NCBI RefSeq assembly: GCF_044704955.1
Contig: NC_091990.1
Coordinates: forward strand, 5,828,001 to 5,892,000
Reading direction: 5' to 3'
DNA: 64,000 nt
Source: Pristiophorus japonicus
Lineage: Eukaryota
Shown: one piece after another, positions 48,510 through 61,312 of the stretch
Position numbering within the stretch: position 1 is the stretch's first letter
Layout of the letters: the number at the start of each line of letters is the position of its first letter
Notes under the pieces: generated by a model
Seen by the model: the letters and a program-made list of their open reading frames with translations, nothing else
What the model was told of the DNA's origin: nothing
Databases searched by the model: none
Program-made: the position numbers and the translations under genes

Positions 48510-50327
48510 CGGCGAGGCCCACGGTGTTCGATGTCTTGGTGCGTTGGTGGTGTGGGCAGTGTGTGTGTGCACCGGCAGGACACAAGCTGTGACGTCAGTC
48601 TGTTGATCCATGACCTGCTATTTTTGGATGTCGCCGCTCCTTTCAAGGCCCTCTCCTAAAGACGCAGGGCTGAACGTGTGTTCAGCTGCACTAGGGACCC
48701 TCCCCCGCAGGGCATCCCCCAGCCCCTCCCAGCGCAAGCAGCGGGATACATCCAACGTGCAGTAACGTTGATTATTGCTTTTGTATTAGCGCCTGCAAAG
48801 TTTGTAGGAGTACTGGGTTGCTGGAGGTGATGTGAAAAGTTGCTGAAGTGTGCAGGGAGGGTTGCTGGAGGTTGGGGAGGTGTTGGCTGTGACTGGAGGG
48901 CCTCGGAGTCCACCACTTGTTGCCCGCCGATTGGCTGCTGCTGTCTGCGAGTGTGACCTGCCTACGGGTGGGAGCTGTCTGTGGTGGGAGCTGTCTGTGG
49001 TGGGAGCTGTCTGTGGTGGGAGCTGTCTGTGGTGGGAACTGTCTGTGGGTGGGAGCTGTCTGTGGTGGGAGCTGTCTGTGGTGGGAGCTGTCTGTGGGTG
49101 GGAGCTGTCTGTGGTGGGAACTGTCTGTGGTGGGAGCTGTCTGTGGTGGGAGCTGTCTGTGGTGGGAGCTGTCTGTGGTGGGAACTGTCTGTGGTGGGAA
49201 CTGTCTGTGGTGGGAGCTGTCTGCGGGTGGGAACTGTCTGTGGTGGGAACTGTCTGTGGTGGGAGCTGTCTGTGGTGGGAACTGTGTGGTGGGAACTGTC
49301 TGTGGTGGGAGCTGTCTGTGGTGGGAACTGTCTGTGGTGGGAACTGTGTGGTGGGAGCTGTCTGTGGTGGGAGCTGTCTGTGGTGGGAGCTGTCTGTGGT
49401 GGGAGCTGTCTGCGGGTGGGAACTGTCTGTGGTGGGAACTGTGTGGTGGGAGCTGTCTGCGGGTGGGAACTGTCTGTGGTGGGAACTGTCTGTGGTGGGA
49501 GCTGTCTGCGGGTGGGAACTGTCTGTGGTGGGAACTGTCTGTGGTGGGAACTGTGTGGTGGGAGCTGTCTGCGGGTGGGAACTGTCTGTGGTGGGAACTG
49601 TCTGTAGTGGGAACTGTCTGTGGTGGGAACTGTGTGGTGGGAGCTGTCTGTGGTGGGAGCTGTCTGTAGTGGGAGCTGTCTGTGGGTGGGAGCTGTCTGT
49701 GGTAGGAGCTGTCTGTGGTGGGAGCTGTCTGTGGTTGGAACTGTCTGTGGTGGGAGCTGTCTGTGGTGGGAGCTGTCTGTGGGTGGGAGCTGTCTGTGGT
49801 GGGAACTGTGTGGTGGGAGCTGTCTGTGGTGGGAGCTGTCTGTGGGTGGGAGCTGTCTGTGGTAGGAGCTGTCTGTGGTGGGAGCTGTCTGTGGTTGGAA
49901 CTGTCTGGGGTGGGTGCTGTCTGTGGTGGGAGCTGTCTGTGGTGGGAGCTGTCTGTGGGTGGGAGCTGTCTGTGGTGGGAGCTGTCTGGGGTGGGAACTG
50001 TCTGTGGTGGGAGCTGTCTGTGGTGGGAATCACCTTGCCCTACAAGGGAACGAGAAGTGTGTCAGTGAGTGCGGTGCGATGTGTTTTGCTGATGTGCCTG
50101 TCATGGTTGAATAACTGGCAGCGTGTGCAAGGTGTGGGGGGATGGGTGTGTGGCTTGCAGCAGCAGTAAGTGTGTGAGGCCGGGGGGTGAAGCTATGAAT
50201 GTGAGGTGCGAGCTGTGCTTGATCGAGATTGTTGGTAGGGGGGTGTGGTACGTTGACCGTGTGTGAGGCTCGTGCTGCAGTTGGTGGGAGACGGTATTTG
50301 AAGGTGCATTCACTGACCTTGACCTTG
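48510..50327 (-). mobile_element. Possible degenerate Harbinger Myb/SANT gene region flanking the minisatellite
   Basis: AAG|GTCAGTGAATGC donor-like site at ~50315; AANRRATSGG exon-like piece at ~48910-48955. Confidence 0.35.
48967..50028. repeat. G-rich minisatellite, 16-bp unit GTGGTGGGARCTGTCT with 17- and 12-bp variants
   Basis: Direct reading, ~1.06 kb. Confidence 0.97.
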
Positions 50328-51022
50328 TGCATGCAACACAACAAGTTAGTATGCAGGTACAGCAAGTGATCAGGAAGGCAAATGGAATGTTGGCCTTTAT
50401 TGCAAGGGGGATAGAGTATAAAAGCAGGGAAGTCCTGCTACAACTGTACAGGGTATTGGTGAGGCCACACCTGGAGTACTGTGTACAGTTCTGGTCTCCG
50501 TATTTAAGGAAGGATATACTTGCATTGGAGGCTGTTCAGAGAAGGTTCACTAGGTTGATTCCGGAGATGAGGGGATTGATTTATGAAGATAGATTGAGTA
50601 GGTTGGGCCTCTACTCATTGGAGTTCAGAAGAATGAGAGGTGATCTTATCGAAACATATAATATACTGAGGGGGCTCGACAAGATGGATGCAGAGAGGAT
50701 ATTTCCACTCATCGGGGAAACTAAAACTAGGGGACATAGTCTTAGAATAAGAGGCCGCCCATTTAAAACTGAGATGAGGAGGAATTTCTTCTCTCAGAGG
50801 GTTGTAAATCTGTGGAATTCTCTGCTCCAGAGAGCTGTGGAGGCTGGGTCATTGAATATATTTAAGGCGGAGATAGACAGAATTTTGAGCGATAAGGGAG
50901 TAAAGGACTATGGGGAGCGGGAGCTGAGCCCATGATCAGATCAGCCATGACCTTATTAAATGGCGGAGCAGGCTCAAGGGGCTGAATGGCCGACTCCTGC
51001 TCCTATTTCTTATGTTCTTATG
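50327..51022 (+). mobile_element. CR1 3' fragment with an open ORF2 C-terminus
   Basis: 202-aa ORF matching the ORF2 C-terminus. Confidence 0.93.
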
Positions 51023-51348
51023 ACCACTCGTGTGAGGTCATTAAACTTCTTTTGACATTGGATCCAAGTTGTTGCGGCAAGACTGTTAACCCATTAACTG
51101 CTGAATCTGGATTCTGGAAGCAGGCATCGGGCTTTGGGTCTGACGGTTCGCTGGAGACACCTGCCACTGACTTTTATAAAATGTCCAGCGTTATGTACCT
51201 GGTACAGAACGATTGATGCCCCTAACTGCGTCGTCCTGTTTGAAGAAACCTTTTGGCTAAACACTACAGGGTAAACCTTGCAGATGTGTACATCCAGCAT
51301 GGAGCCTCCCTTCACCTGCACATGTACCCCACTGCACCAGAGATACTC

Positions 51349-52640
51349 TGGGGCCAGAATTTCCCTGTTTTGTGCCAGTCGGCGCCTCCGGGGGGAGGGA
51401 ACTGTTATCACCTGGGGAGGGGGTTTTGGGCTCCCGCGGGAATTCACGGAGGCACTGCCGTGGTAGTGCAGCAACCCGCCGGTAGCACCCCGGAGCCCAC
51501 CGATTACATCATCACCGTGCGCGGCGACCCCTGAGCGCAGTGCACCGACCCCGTTCCACCCCGCGGCGGACATCGGCCTGCACCCGGCGAGGCTGCCGCG
51601 AGCGGGTGTCAGCGCCAGCCCGGCGGGTCGCAAACCGGGCCGATCTCCGCACACGGGGCGGAGGTTCAAGGGGAGGTCGGGAGCGCCACGCGTCGCCACA
51701 CCGTGCAGGTTTGGCCAGCTCACCGGTCGGCCCGTCTTCGTCCTCCATTGCGCGGTCCGGGCTGCCACCGTGCAGCCCGCCGCTCCGTTTGCGTGATGGG
51801 CTGCGGCCTCACGCCGCCCTGGTGGCCATCGCAAGCCGTGCAGAGTGCGCAGCGGCCTGCCCCTTTAAGGGAAGGGGAAGGGAGGTGAAACGTGTTACAG
51901 AGCGCCTCCCCCCCCCCCAAACCCGCCCCAACAGGAAGTGAAGCGTGCGACATTGTGCTCCACTTCCTGTGAGAGGCGGTAACCGCGATTCCGCGGCGGG
52001 GACGTGACCTCCACGCCGGGCGCAGAACGTCCTGCCCCGAGTCGGTTACCGCCCCCAATCGGGGCGCTGGGGAAGTTCAGAAAATCACAATGGGATGTTT
52101 AATTTTCTCAGCCACTCCCAGCAGCTGAGAGCGCTGCACCAGGAGAGTGCGTGTGGAAAACCGTATATATTGGGACAATTTTTTTTTAAACCAATGTGAA
52201 CATTAGAGGGGGAGAAATCCGGGTAATTTTCTCCTCCTGTTACCCCCAGGGGGCGCTAACAGGGCGCAAACAACGTTACAATCGGGCGCGGTGCCGCTAA
52301 CGACTCCCGCTAAATTCGGCGGCAGTTTAGCGGCGGCGGTAACCCGTAGCGCCCCGCTCCGCTGCGCCGGCAATGCTGACATCATCACCGTACGCAGCGC
52401 CCCGGACTCTAAATTGGGTTTCGCCCCCCCGAAGCATCGCCGGGCGGTGCCAGTGACAGTTTCGCGGGGTGCGTACCCACCGGCCGGCCGCTCACGGGGC
52501 GCAACTTAAAGGGGAGGTGGCCGGCTATTGGTTAAAAAAAAAATGGCCGGTTTTCTTGTGCGCCCCGTTGCCGCTTTGAACAGGGGGTCCGTGCCGCGAT
52601 CGTTCTGCTCGAGTGCCAGGCTGATCACACGGCACCCCGT
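51349..52640. mobile_element. Two CpG-rich MITE-like elements (51349-52080 and 52207-52640)
   Basis: GGGGCCAGAATTT and GGGGGAGAAAT starts; shared ACATCATCACCGT block. Confidence 0.6.
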
Positions 52641-53190
52641 TCCCGACAGTCCAGAGTTTGGAGCGTGTGGTACCAGGTGGCGTTAGAAATAGAATTTTGA
52701 AATCTTGGTGTCACATGGAAACCTTACTTTCTCCACTTTCCTCCTCGTGGTTTTCCAAAAGAGGAATTAAGTAAAAATGAGAAAAGCTGGGTGAATCGGA
52801 ATTTGGTTTCAAAGTAGCATTTTTGATTTTTGGATCTGAACTTAAATACAGGGTATTCCATTTTCTGAACATGGTATTTTTTCTGGCTCTTTAGTAATAT
52901 CAAATCTGTGCTCAGACACAGCCAGCGCGCAATAGTCAAAATCCGCATCTCTCGCGACTGAGGGAAGTTGGCATGGCCTTCATTGTAAATTTAATTTGGA
53001 AAGAAAAGTGGAGTTGAGGTCGAAGATCAGCCATGATCTAATCGAATGGCGGAGCAGGCTCGAGGGGCCGAATAGCCGGCTCCTGCTCCTATTTCTTATG
53101 TTCTTAATTTGAATCAAAGTTCGGCTTTTAATCTAAACCTGGATTCTAACAATGAATGAATTAGACGATTGCTCAGTTTCTGCCACTTAC

Positions 53191-53321
53191 AATCAGACAT
53201 TGTTAGCAATTTATGATTTGCTGTTGCTTGACCATGGCCTCTATCTTGCTCGTCGGCTCGGCTGGGCACAGCTTTCTCTCCCGTCCTCTTGGTTTGAAGG
53301 ATTGAGCGTGACTGGGGAGAC
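53191..53321 (-). other. Candidate 131-bp exon of an unidentified transcript
   Basis: Acceptor tctctgcatcctctgttccag, donor gtaagt, one open frame; no protein recognised. Confidence 0.4.
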
Positions 53322-53884
53322 CTGGAACAGAGGATGCAGAGAGTATTAAAACTGAGGTGTTTCTGCGTCCTAATAAGTGTGTAACTATCTCGCCATTAAA
53401 TGTATTGAGCATCCGTTATGATTCCCACAAACGACAAGATGCCAAATATCTGTGACAGAGCAGCTCAACTGTTCATTCAGTCAAATTAAAATCAAATACA
53501 AAGCTGAAGAAAACAAAAGGTGCATGCTATGCACAAGGGATTTGCTTTTGCAGTATGCTGCTGTACTTCAATGAAATTGGGAATTATAAAGTAGATACAT
53601 CAGAGCCATTCCAAACTCGGGTCAGGACTTGCTGTCTGAGGATGTGAATACTGAGATTCCACCCTTACATCAGGCACTTTGGGTTCATTCAATCGGCATT
53701 TGTTTGCATTTCAACAAAGGCTTGTGCGCACTGGAGAAGTCTCACAAGTCCTGCGAATGTGCATCAAGAACTGGACCATCTATGCAATGCAGAGGACGTG
53801 ACCGGGGAATGAATGGCGCCCTGCTCTATCCTTTCATCTTTGATAAGCCAGAATTCTCCTAGAATCAAAGAATGATACGGCACA

Positions 53885-54540
53885 GAAGTAGGCCATTCGG
53901 CCCCTCGAGCCTGCTCCGCCATTTAATACGATCGTGGCTGATCTGATCATGGACTCAGGTCCACTTCCCTGCCCGCTCCCCATAACTCCTTATCCCCTTA
54001 TCGGTTAACAAACTGTCTACCTCTGTCTTAAATTTATTCACTGACCCAGCCTCCACAGCTCTCTGAGGTAAAGAATTCCACAGATTTACAACCCTCTGAG
54101 GGAAGAAATTCCTCCTCATCTCAGTCTTAAATGGGCGACCCCTTATTCTAACATCATGCCCTCTAGTTCTAGTCTCCCCCATCAGCGGACACATCCTCTC
54201 TGCATCCACTCCCCCTGCACTTTCCCCATTGACCTGAAAATGGTTCCTTATCAACTATTTATCCAATTCCCTTTTGAAAGTTACGATTGAATCTGCTCCA
54301 TCGCCCTTTCAGGCAGCGTGTTCCAGATCACAACAACTCGCTGCGTAAAAAATTGTTTCCTCATCTACCCTCTGGCTCTTTTGAAAATCACTTCAAACCT
54401 GTGTCCTCTGGTTACCAAGCCTCTAGGCAGCGGAAACAATTTTTCTCTCTGTACTCGATCAAAACTCCTCAAAATTTGAACACCTCTTTTAAATCCCCTC
54501 TCAACCTTCTCTGCTCCAAGGAGAACAATTCCAGTTTCAC
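53885..54540 (-). mobile_element. Two adjacent CR1 3' fragments
   Basis: FFPQRVVNLWNSLP; LFSLEQRRLRGDL. Confidence 0.85.
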
Positions 54541-54832
54541 TCGCCTGTTTCCTCTATCTATTGGTGCAAGAGTCTTATGAAATACATTTTGGCCAGACCT
54601 TTTGTAACGTGGGCTCCCCCAAGTATAGGTCTTGTGCATCTGGCTGCAAGCTAAATGTAAAACCACTGGGACTCATTAAAATGGGTCTTCCAGGCAGGCA
54701 GACTTAGTAAGTCCCAGCAGTTCAACATCTGGCTTGTAGCTAGCTGTGCAAGACTCACACTCAGGGAACTCAGCAACACAAAAGCACATTCAATCTGCTT
54801 CCTGGTAGAGGAGTATCATTCTGCTCCCAAAT

Positions 54833-55445
54833 TAGAAACACAGAAATATAGAAAATAGGAGCAGTAGTAGGCCATTCGGCCCTTCGAGTCTGCACCGCCA
54901 TTCAATATGATCATGGCTGATCCTCTATCTCAACACCATATTCCCACTTTTTCCCCATACCCCTTGATGCCTTTTGTTTCTCGAAATCTATCTATCTCCC
55001 TCTTAAATATATTCAGTGACTTGGCCTCTACAGCTTTCTGTGGTAGAGAATTCCACAGGTTCACCACCCTCTGAGTGAAAACATTTCTCCTCATCTCAGT
55101 CCTAAATTTCCTACCCCGTATCCTGAGACTGTGACCCCTTGTTCTAGACTTCCCAGCCCAGGGAAACATCCTCCCCGCATCCAGTCTATCCAACCCTGTC
55201 AGAATTTTATACCTTTCAATGAGATCCTCTCTCATTCTTCTAAGCTCTAGTGAATACAGGCCTAGTCGACCCAATCTCTCCTCATACGACAGTCCTGCCA
55301 TCCCAGGAATCAGTCTGGTGAACCTTCGCTGCACTCCCTCTATGGCTAGTATATCCTTCCTTAGGAAAAGAGAACAAAACTGTACACAATACTCCAGGTG
55401 GGGTCTCACCAAGGTCCTGTATAACTGGAGTAAAACATCCTTGCT
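54833..55445 (-). mobile_element. CR1 3' fragment
   Basis: ORF2 C-terminus and tail. Confidence 0.93.
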
Positions 55446-55859
55446 GCTAATATTGGTGGATTCACTTAGGCCACATAGATGAGGGGGCATGACAAATGGA
55501 AATGTGGCTCTGGTAAATTAAGAATGGTTTTCTGATGACTAAGACACATGTTGGGACTGAGCAATGGGAGCTTTACTCTGTCGCTAAACTCCACCGTGTC
55601 TGACTTCAGAATGGTTGACGTACATGCTGGATGTCTGACAATGGCAAGGGTTTCGTTTCCCCAACACATACAAATCTGAAATCTTGAGGATCACAAAATT
55701 CCTCTCCCCTGAACCCCAAGAGTATCCCTTTGTTACCAAAACAGAGCAATTTCTTCAGAAACACTAATAAATCAGTTTCAAAAGCAATCCTTTTTATCTG
55801 CATCATCTGACCAGTCAAACATGTCAAGTGATGAGTAGGAATGTTTTAACTGTACACGG

Positions 55860-56178
55860 CAACAACAACGTGTATTTATATAGCGCCTTTAATGTAGTGA
55901 AACGTCCCAAGGCACTTCACAGGTGAATTGTAAGATCTTTAAAAATTGACACCGAGCTGCATAAGTAGAAATTAGGACAGGTGACCAAAAGCTTGGTCAA
56001 AGAGGGAGGTTTCAAGGAGCGTTGTGAAGGAGGAAAGAGAGGTAGAGAGGTGGAGAGATTTAGGGAGGGAGTTCCAGAGCTTGGGGCCCAGGCAGCAGAA
56101 GGCACGGCCACCAAAGGTGGAGCGATTATAATCAGGGATGCTCAGGCGGGCAGAATTAGAGGAGCGCAGACATGTCGG
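55860..56178 (-). mobile_element. L2 3' fragment
   Basis: GGRAFCCLGPKLWNSLP; tail GGCGCTATATAAAT. Confidence 0.85.
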
Positions 56179-57124
56179 GGGGGGGGGGGGGGGGGAGGAG
56201 CAAGATAAACTCGAGAGCAGGCACAGTAAATCGCCATCTTTCAGTGCAAGGTGCAATTAAGAATTGTTTTATGGTTCCTTCCTCCTTATGTACTTCGTAA
56301 TATACAGTTCGAAGCCTGTACAGAAACTCCTTACTGCAGGTTTTATACAAGAGGCGTTGTGTAGATTCCCCAGCTGCAAGGGGGGCTTTAATAAACAAAC
56401 ACAGCACCATTTACACAGCACCTTATCACATCTTTCAGAAATACCTCCGTGCCTCGCACACAATTAGTTGCTGTGACGTGCAGTCACTATTGTTACATTG
56501 GCAGTTCTGAAGGGAGAGAGGAGGCACTCGTTAAGATAATGCAATTTATTTATTTCGTCGCAGGGCATCTAATGATCAGCTGATGCAAGAAAAATGAGGA
56601 CCGACAAACTGGTCCTGCCCCAGTGCACGTACGTCTCGGTGATCAGTGCACCCGCAGTCTCAATACAGTAAGTGAAGGAACAACCGACTGGTTGCTGTAG
56701 GGAATACCAAGGCATTCACCCCATTGCTAAATAACTCCGACAGTGCCACAGAGCATCGCTAGGTATAAATTCACTAACAGCCTATGCTATTTTGAAAAGC
56801 TTTTACCGTGTACACCTGGGCATTACAAAAATGTAATGATCTGGAGTAACACTGGGCAAGTTTTATTGCTGACCCGAGGAATTTTTAACCTTGTTGAGTC
56901 TGACTTTGTTTTAACCCCAACTAAAACCTCCCTGAGACCATCGAGGTGAATTTGAGCTTTGTGTGTGTAGACACAGAGATAGGCATACACACTTTACTGT
57001 AAGGCAAATTCTCAATGGAGGCTGCTGAGATATTGGTATTCACTACAAAATCCAAGAACAGATGGATGAGCAGCCCCTCAGGTAGAAATGCAGGCAGTTG
57101 CTTCAATCATTTGTGCTGGATTTG

Positions 57125-57265
57125 AGAACAGAGGAGCAGGGGGAGGCCATTCAGTCCCTCGAGCCCGTTCCTCCATTCAATTAGATCATGGCTGAACTAT
57201 ATCTTAACTCCATTTACCCACCTTGGTTCCTTATCCCTTAATACCTTTATCTAACAAAAATCCAT
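57125..57265 (-). mobile_element. CR1 3' tip
   Basis: GGCCATTCAGTCCCTCGAGCC hairpin region. Confidence 0.7.
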
Positions 57266-57529
57266 CTTGTTTAACAATGATCGCCGGGTACGTGACTTGT
57301 TACTCAGTATTGAATTGCAAGTTTTAATGAGGATTGGCATCTGTATTGACAAAAGGCGTTAGACCGTTTGAATGAAATGGGCCCAGCTACAATGCATTGT
57401 GCAAAGGCTGGATTTGTGGAAAGACCAGGCCCTTGGCTGGACATGGTTTATAACAATGCCAGCTATGGAAGGCTAGCTTTTTAAAATATTATCCCTCGCT
57501 TTTTAGGTCCCCTGCGCTATATAGTAAAA

Positions 57530-58391
57530 AGAAAAAAGAGACTTGGATTTATATAGCGCCTTTCACAACCTCCGGATGTCACAAAGCACTTTACAGTCAA
57601 TGGAATACTTTTGGAGTGTAGTCACTGTTGTAATCTAGGAAGTATGGCAGCCAGTTTGCGCACAGCAAGCTCCCACAAACAGCAATGTGAATAGATAATC
57701 TGTTTTTTTTTGTCATGTTGATTGAGGGATAAATATTGGCCAGGTCACCGGGGATAACTCCCCTGCTCTTCTTTGAGATAGTGCCGTGGGATCTTGTACG
57801 TCCACTTGAGAGAGCAGACGGAGCCTCGGTTTAACGTCTCATCTGAAAGACGGCATATCAGACAGTGCTGCACGCCCTCAGTACTGCCCCTCCGACAGTG
57901 CGGCACTCCCTCAGTACTGCCCCTCAGACAGTGCGGCGCTCCCTCAGTACTGCCCCTCCGACAGTGCGGCACTCCCTCAGTACTGCCCCTCCGACAGTGC
58001 GGCGCTCCCTCAGTACTGCCCCTCCAACAGTGCGGCACTCCCTCAATACTGCCCCTCCGACAGTGCGGCGCTCCCTCAATACTGCCCCTCCGACAGTGCG
58101 GCACTCCCTCAATACTGCCCCTCCGACAGTGCGGCGCTCCCTCAGTACTGCCCCTCAGACAGTGCGGCACTCCCTCAGTACTGCCCCTCCGACAGTGCGG
58201 CGCTCCCTCAGTACTGCCCTGTCGACAGTGCGGCGCTCCCTCAGTACTGCCCTGTCGACAGTGCAGTGCTCCCTCAGTACTACACTGGGAATGTCAGCCT
58301 AGATTTTTATGCTTAAGTCTCCAAAGTAGGACTTGAACCCACAACTTTCTGATTCCGAGGCGAGGGTGCTGCCCACTGAGCCACAGCTGAC
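57530..58391 (-). mobile_element. Full Deu-type SINE with about 13 x 33-bp units (57860-58285)
   Basis: tRNA head at 58391, tail at 57530. Confidence 0.93.
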
Positions 58392-58976
58392 ACATAAAAA
58401 TGACGCACAAAGACTGAAGCTCAGGATCTTTCACCGACAATATTGGTTTCATTATAAATATGACTTTACTGTAAATACCTAAATCTGTGGTTCCTGTGAA
58501 CATGGATTATGAAATCCAGCACCGCACTCATGTATCCACACTGGGCTTGCTAAAACAATGCTGTAATTGGACACACCATTGATTGTTCCTGTCTAATGAT
58601 GTTCCAGTTGGTGAATCTTGTGTGCCTAAGCAAATAATGTTACGGTTTGTCATTCCAGATGCTGAGCAAATTAATTCACAATAGCTCGGTCTTTAGCTTT
58701 GTTTTCTCTTTCACACGACAGATGTTACAGTAAAGCTCGCTGTAATTGTGCAGCAGCTGTACTGATTGCAAATACTGGAAACCCACAGCATAAAAACAGA
58801 AGACGTTGGAAATATATGGCAGATCCGAATCGAGAAACAAATAAGCTAACATAGACCCTCCCAATGCTCTCCACTTCTCAAAATCGCGGGAAACACACCA
58901 CAGGTCTGTCAGTCAGTGTCTGAAAAGGTAGGTCACTGTTTTGGGCAGAGATCAAGAGATCTGTTGGATCTTCCTC

Positions 58977-59579
58977 GGGGGAGAAATCGACTCGTGCCTC
59001 AGTTAGGGCGTTGTCCCGGGCGGAGCGTCTGCCATCGCAAAGTTCACCAGCTGAGCTCGGAGTGTGGGGCGGAGCGCTAAGGGAAGCATTGCGCACCTCT
59101 TTTAGGGCACTAGGCCGGGTGAGCAAGGGGAAATCCCGAGCTAAACAACCGGCCTCGGAGCGCCGAGAGAGAGGCCTCGAGTGGGGGGGGGGAAAACCTG
59201 AAAGAGAACCACCAAAAACATTCCCTATAACTCACGCCACCACAACATAAATCGCAACCCCTCCCCCCCCCCACCCACCGCCCCAAAAAACAATCCCACT
59301 TACTGACCTCTCTCGGGCCGCTCCAGCTCGAACTGCCCACTTTCGCAGGCGGTCCCAGCAGAAGGCGCTCTATGGATCGGGCGGGAGCCAAATATCGAGC
59401 CGGTGTTGTAACCAGGGGCGTTGCACGCTGGCTCGCCATTTCCGGGCGGTAATACTCTGCGCCCCGTCGAAAGCGGCCCTGAATGTCCCGGCGGGGAACT
59501 GGGAGCTGGCCCCCCGCCCGGAGCTGCTTACTGCCGCCATTGCTAACAGGGGCGGCAGAAGACCGACAAATCCAGCCCC
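58977..59579. mobile_element. Harbinger-type MITE
   Basis: GGGGGAGAAAT / AAATCCAGCCCC. Confidence 0.72.
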
Positions 59580-60224
59580 TTGTATTTTCCGCTTTATTTT
59601 AGTGTAACAGTAATCAAGTTAAGTTCCGACAGTTTATAGAAGAGAAATCACCTGGTTGCTTCAGTTTCTCTTTCACCTCACTGCGTTTAATTGATGCTGG
59701 TGAAATATTATAGCCCTGATCAATTCCTATTACCGACTCGGAGACAGAAAGTCAAATGGACCGGGGTAGATTAGCTCAGAGCTCTGACAGAATACAAAGA
59801 AAATTCATTAGCAGTTTTGGTTTGTTTGATGTGAGCTCCGTATCTCAGAGCAGCTCATCAGAGTGACACTTACATTGTGCACTCCAGCTCTCTCCACTGA
59901 TCCTCTCCAACCTTTTACATTTTACAGCTTCCAACTGACCTTCCAATAAAAAAACATGACTTTTCTAAAAATACCATCCAAGGTTTTTTTGCCCCCAAAG
60001 AGACAGTTTTACAGGACTGGTTATCTGTATATCCATTCCCGTTTTCATTGTTTGAAGTCAGCTTTTAAAATGCATCACGCACAACATTTATATCATTTCT
60101 CTCAGTGCCAAAAAAAGACAATCATTTATTCCTAATAACCCGCATTGTCTTCAAGGACAATTCAGTGAAATTAAGAAAGATTTTCAATCAGCGACACTCA
60201 TTGCTGAAGAAAAATGAAATGAGA

Positions 60225-60650
60225 ATCATCACCATCATCATCATAGACAGTCCCTCGTATCGAGGATGACTTGCTTCCATGCCAAAAAGGACGAGTTCAC
60301 AGGTGTTCCAATAAAGGACCTAATATCCTGGATCCCGAACTACATGGTGAAGGGTGGAAGATGCCTGTGCGTGGATTTTTTTAATGTGGGGTGACCGTTG
60401 CACACCAGCCACCACACGGGCTTGACAGAGCGAGGTCTTGGTCCAGTGGCAAGGGTTACCCAGGACGACTGGAGACCTGCTCTGCTGCACGGACCTAGTG
60501 CGCACACATATCGCAGTGTGGGCTGGGCCCGTGCTGCCCCTGGGCCCTCGCCTCTCCTGGGCCCCGATCACGTCCCTCCACAATCTCTCTACCGCTCCTT
60601 CGCCCCGACCTCGCCGCTCGCTCTGCTGTATCTGCCCACGCTCCAATCAC
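60225..60650 (-). mobile_element. Uninterrupted non-autonomous RTE-tailed element
   Basis: Colinear with 320-438 plus 3311-3604. Confidence 0.88.
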
Positions 60651-60934
60651 AGACCTGATAGTAGCCTCCTGAATACAGAAAGCTTTTAAGATTGAATTAA
60701 ACTTTAATCTTACCATAGCTCTGCTTTTTAACAAAATTCTTTTCCCAGTTATCTCCATTTACCCCCTCCCTTCTCTGAAGGCAGTGGTTGATTCTGGGGT
60801 TTGGTTCTGTGATTACTATCGGTTCTCTGGTACCTCATCTAACTGACCTTTCCTTATCTGCAGGTCAAGCCGGTGAGTGTCAGCAAGCTATTCCACCCTT
60901 GGATGTCTCACGTTAAAAAAAAAACATTTTATGG

Positions 60935-61312
60935 ACGTGGGCCTCACTGGCAAGGCCAGCATTTATTGCCTGTCCTGCAGAAGTTTGATACAACCGAGTG
61001 TCTCGCTGGGCCATTTCAGAGGGCAGATAAAAGTCAACCCCATTGCTGTGGGTCTGGAGTCACGTATAGGCCAGACCGGGTAAGGACGGCAGATTTCCTT
61101 CCCTAAAGGACATCAATGAACCAGATGGGTTTTTACAACAATCCTACAGCTTCATGGTCACAGTTAATTTCACACGCTTCTTTGCCCCAGAATTTTTAAA
61201 CTGAATTAAAATTCGCAAACTGCCGTGGTGGGATTATGAATGTGTTCTTCTGGATTATTAGTCTACGACATTACATTGCTAGACCAATAAAATGACCACT
61301 ACTCTATCGTAC
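60935..61312 (-). mobile_element. Second SINE family: tRNA-like head, core resembling the Meta domain (from memory), CR1-type tail
   Basis: GATGTCCTTTAGGGAAGGAAATCTGCCGTCCTTAC core; tail GGCAATAAATGCTGGCCTTGCCAG shared with 11170-11195. Confidence 0.7.

Noticed and set aside
48786-50169. 415-439 aa mucin-like or Cys/Trp-rich ORFs
   Set aside because: Translations of the minisatellite.
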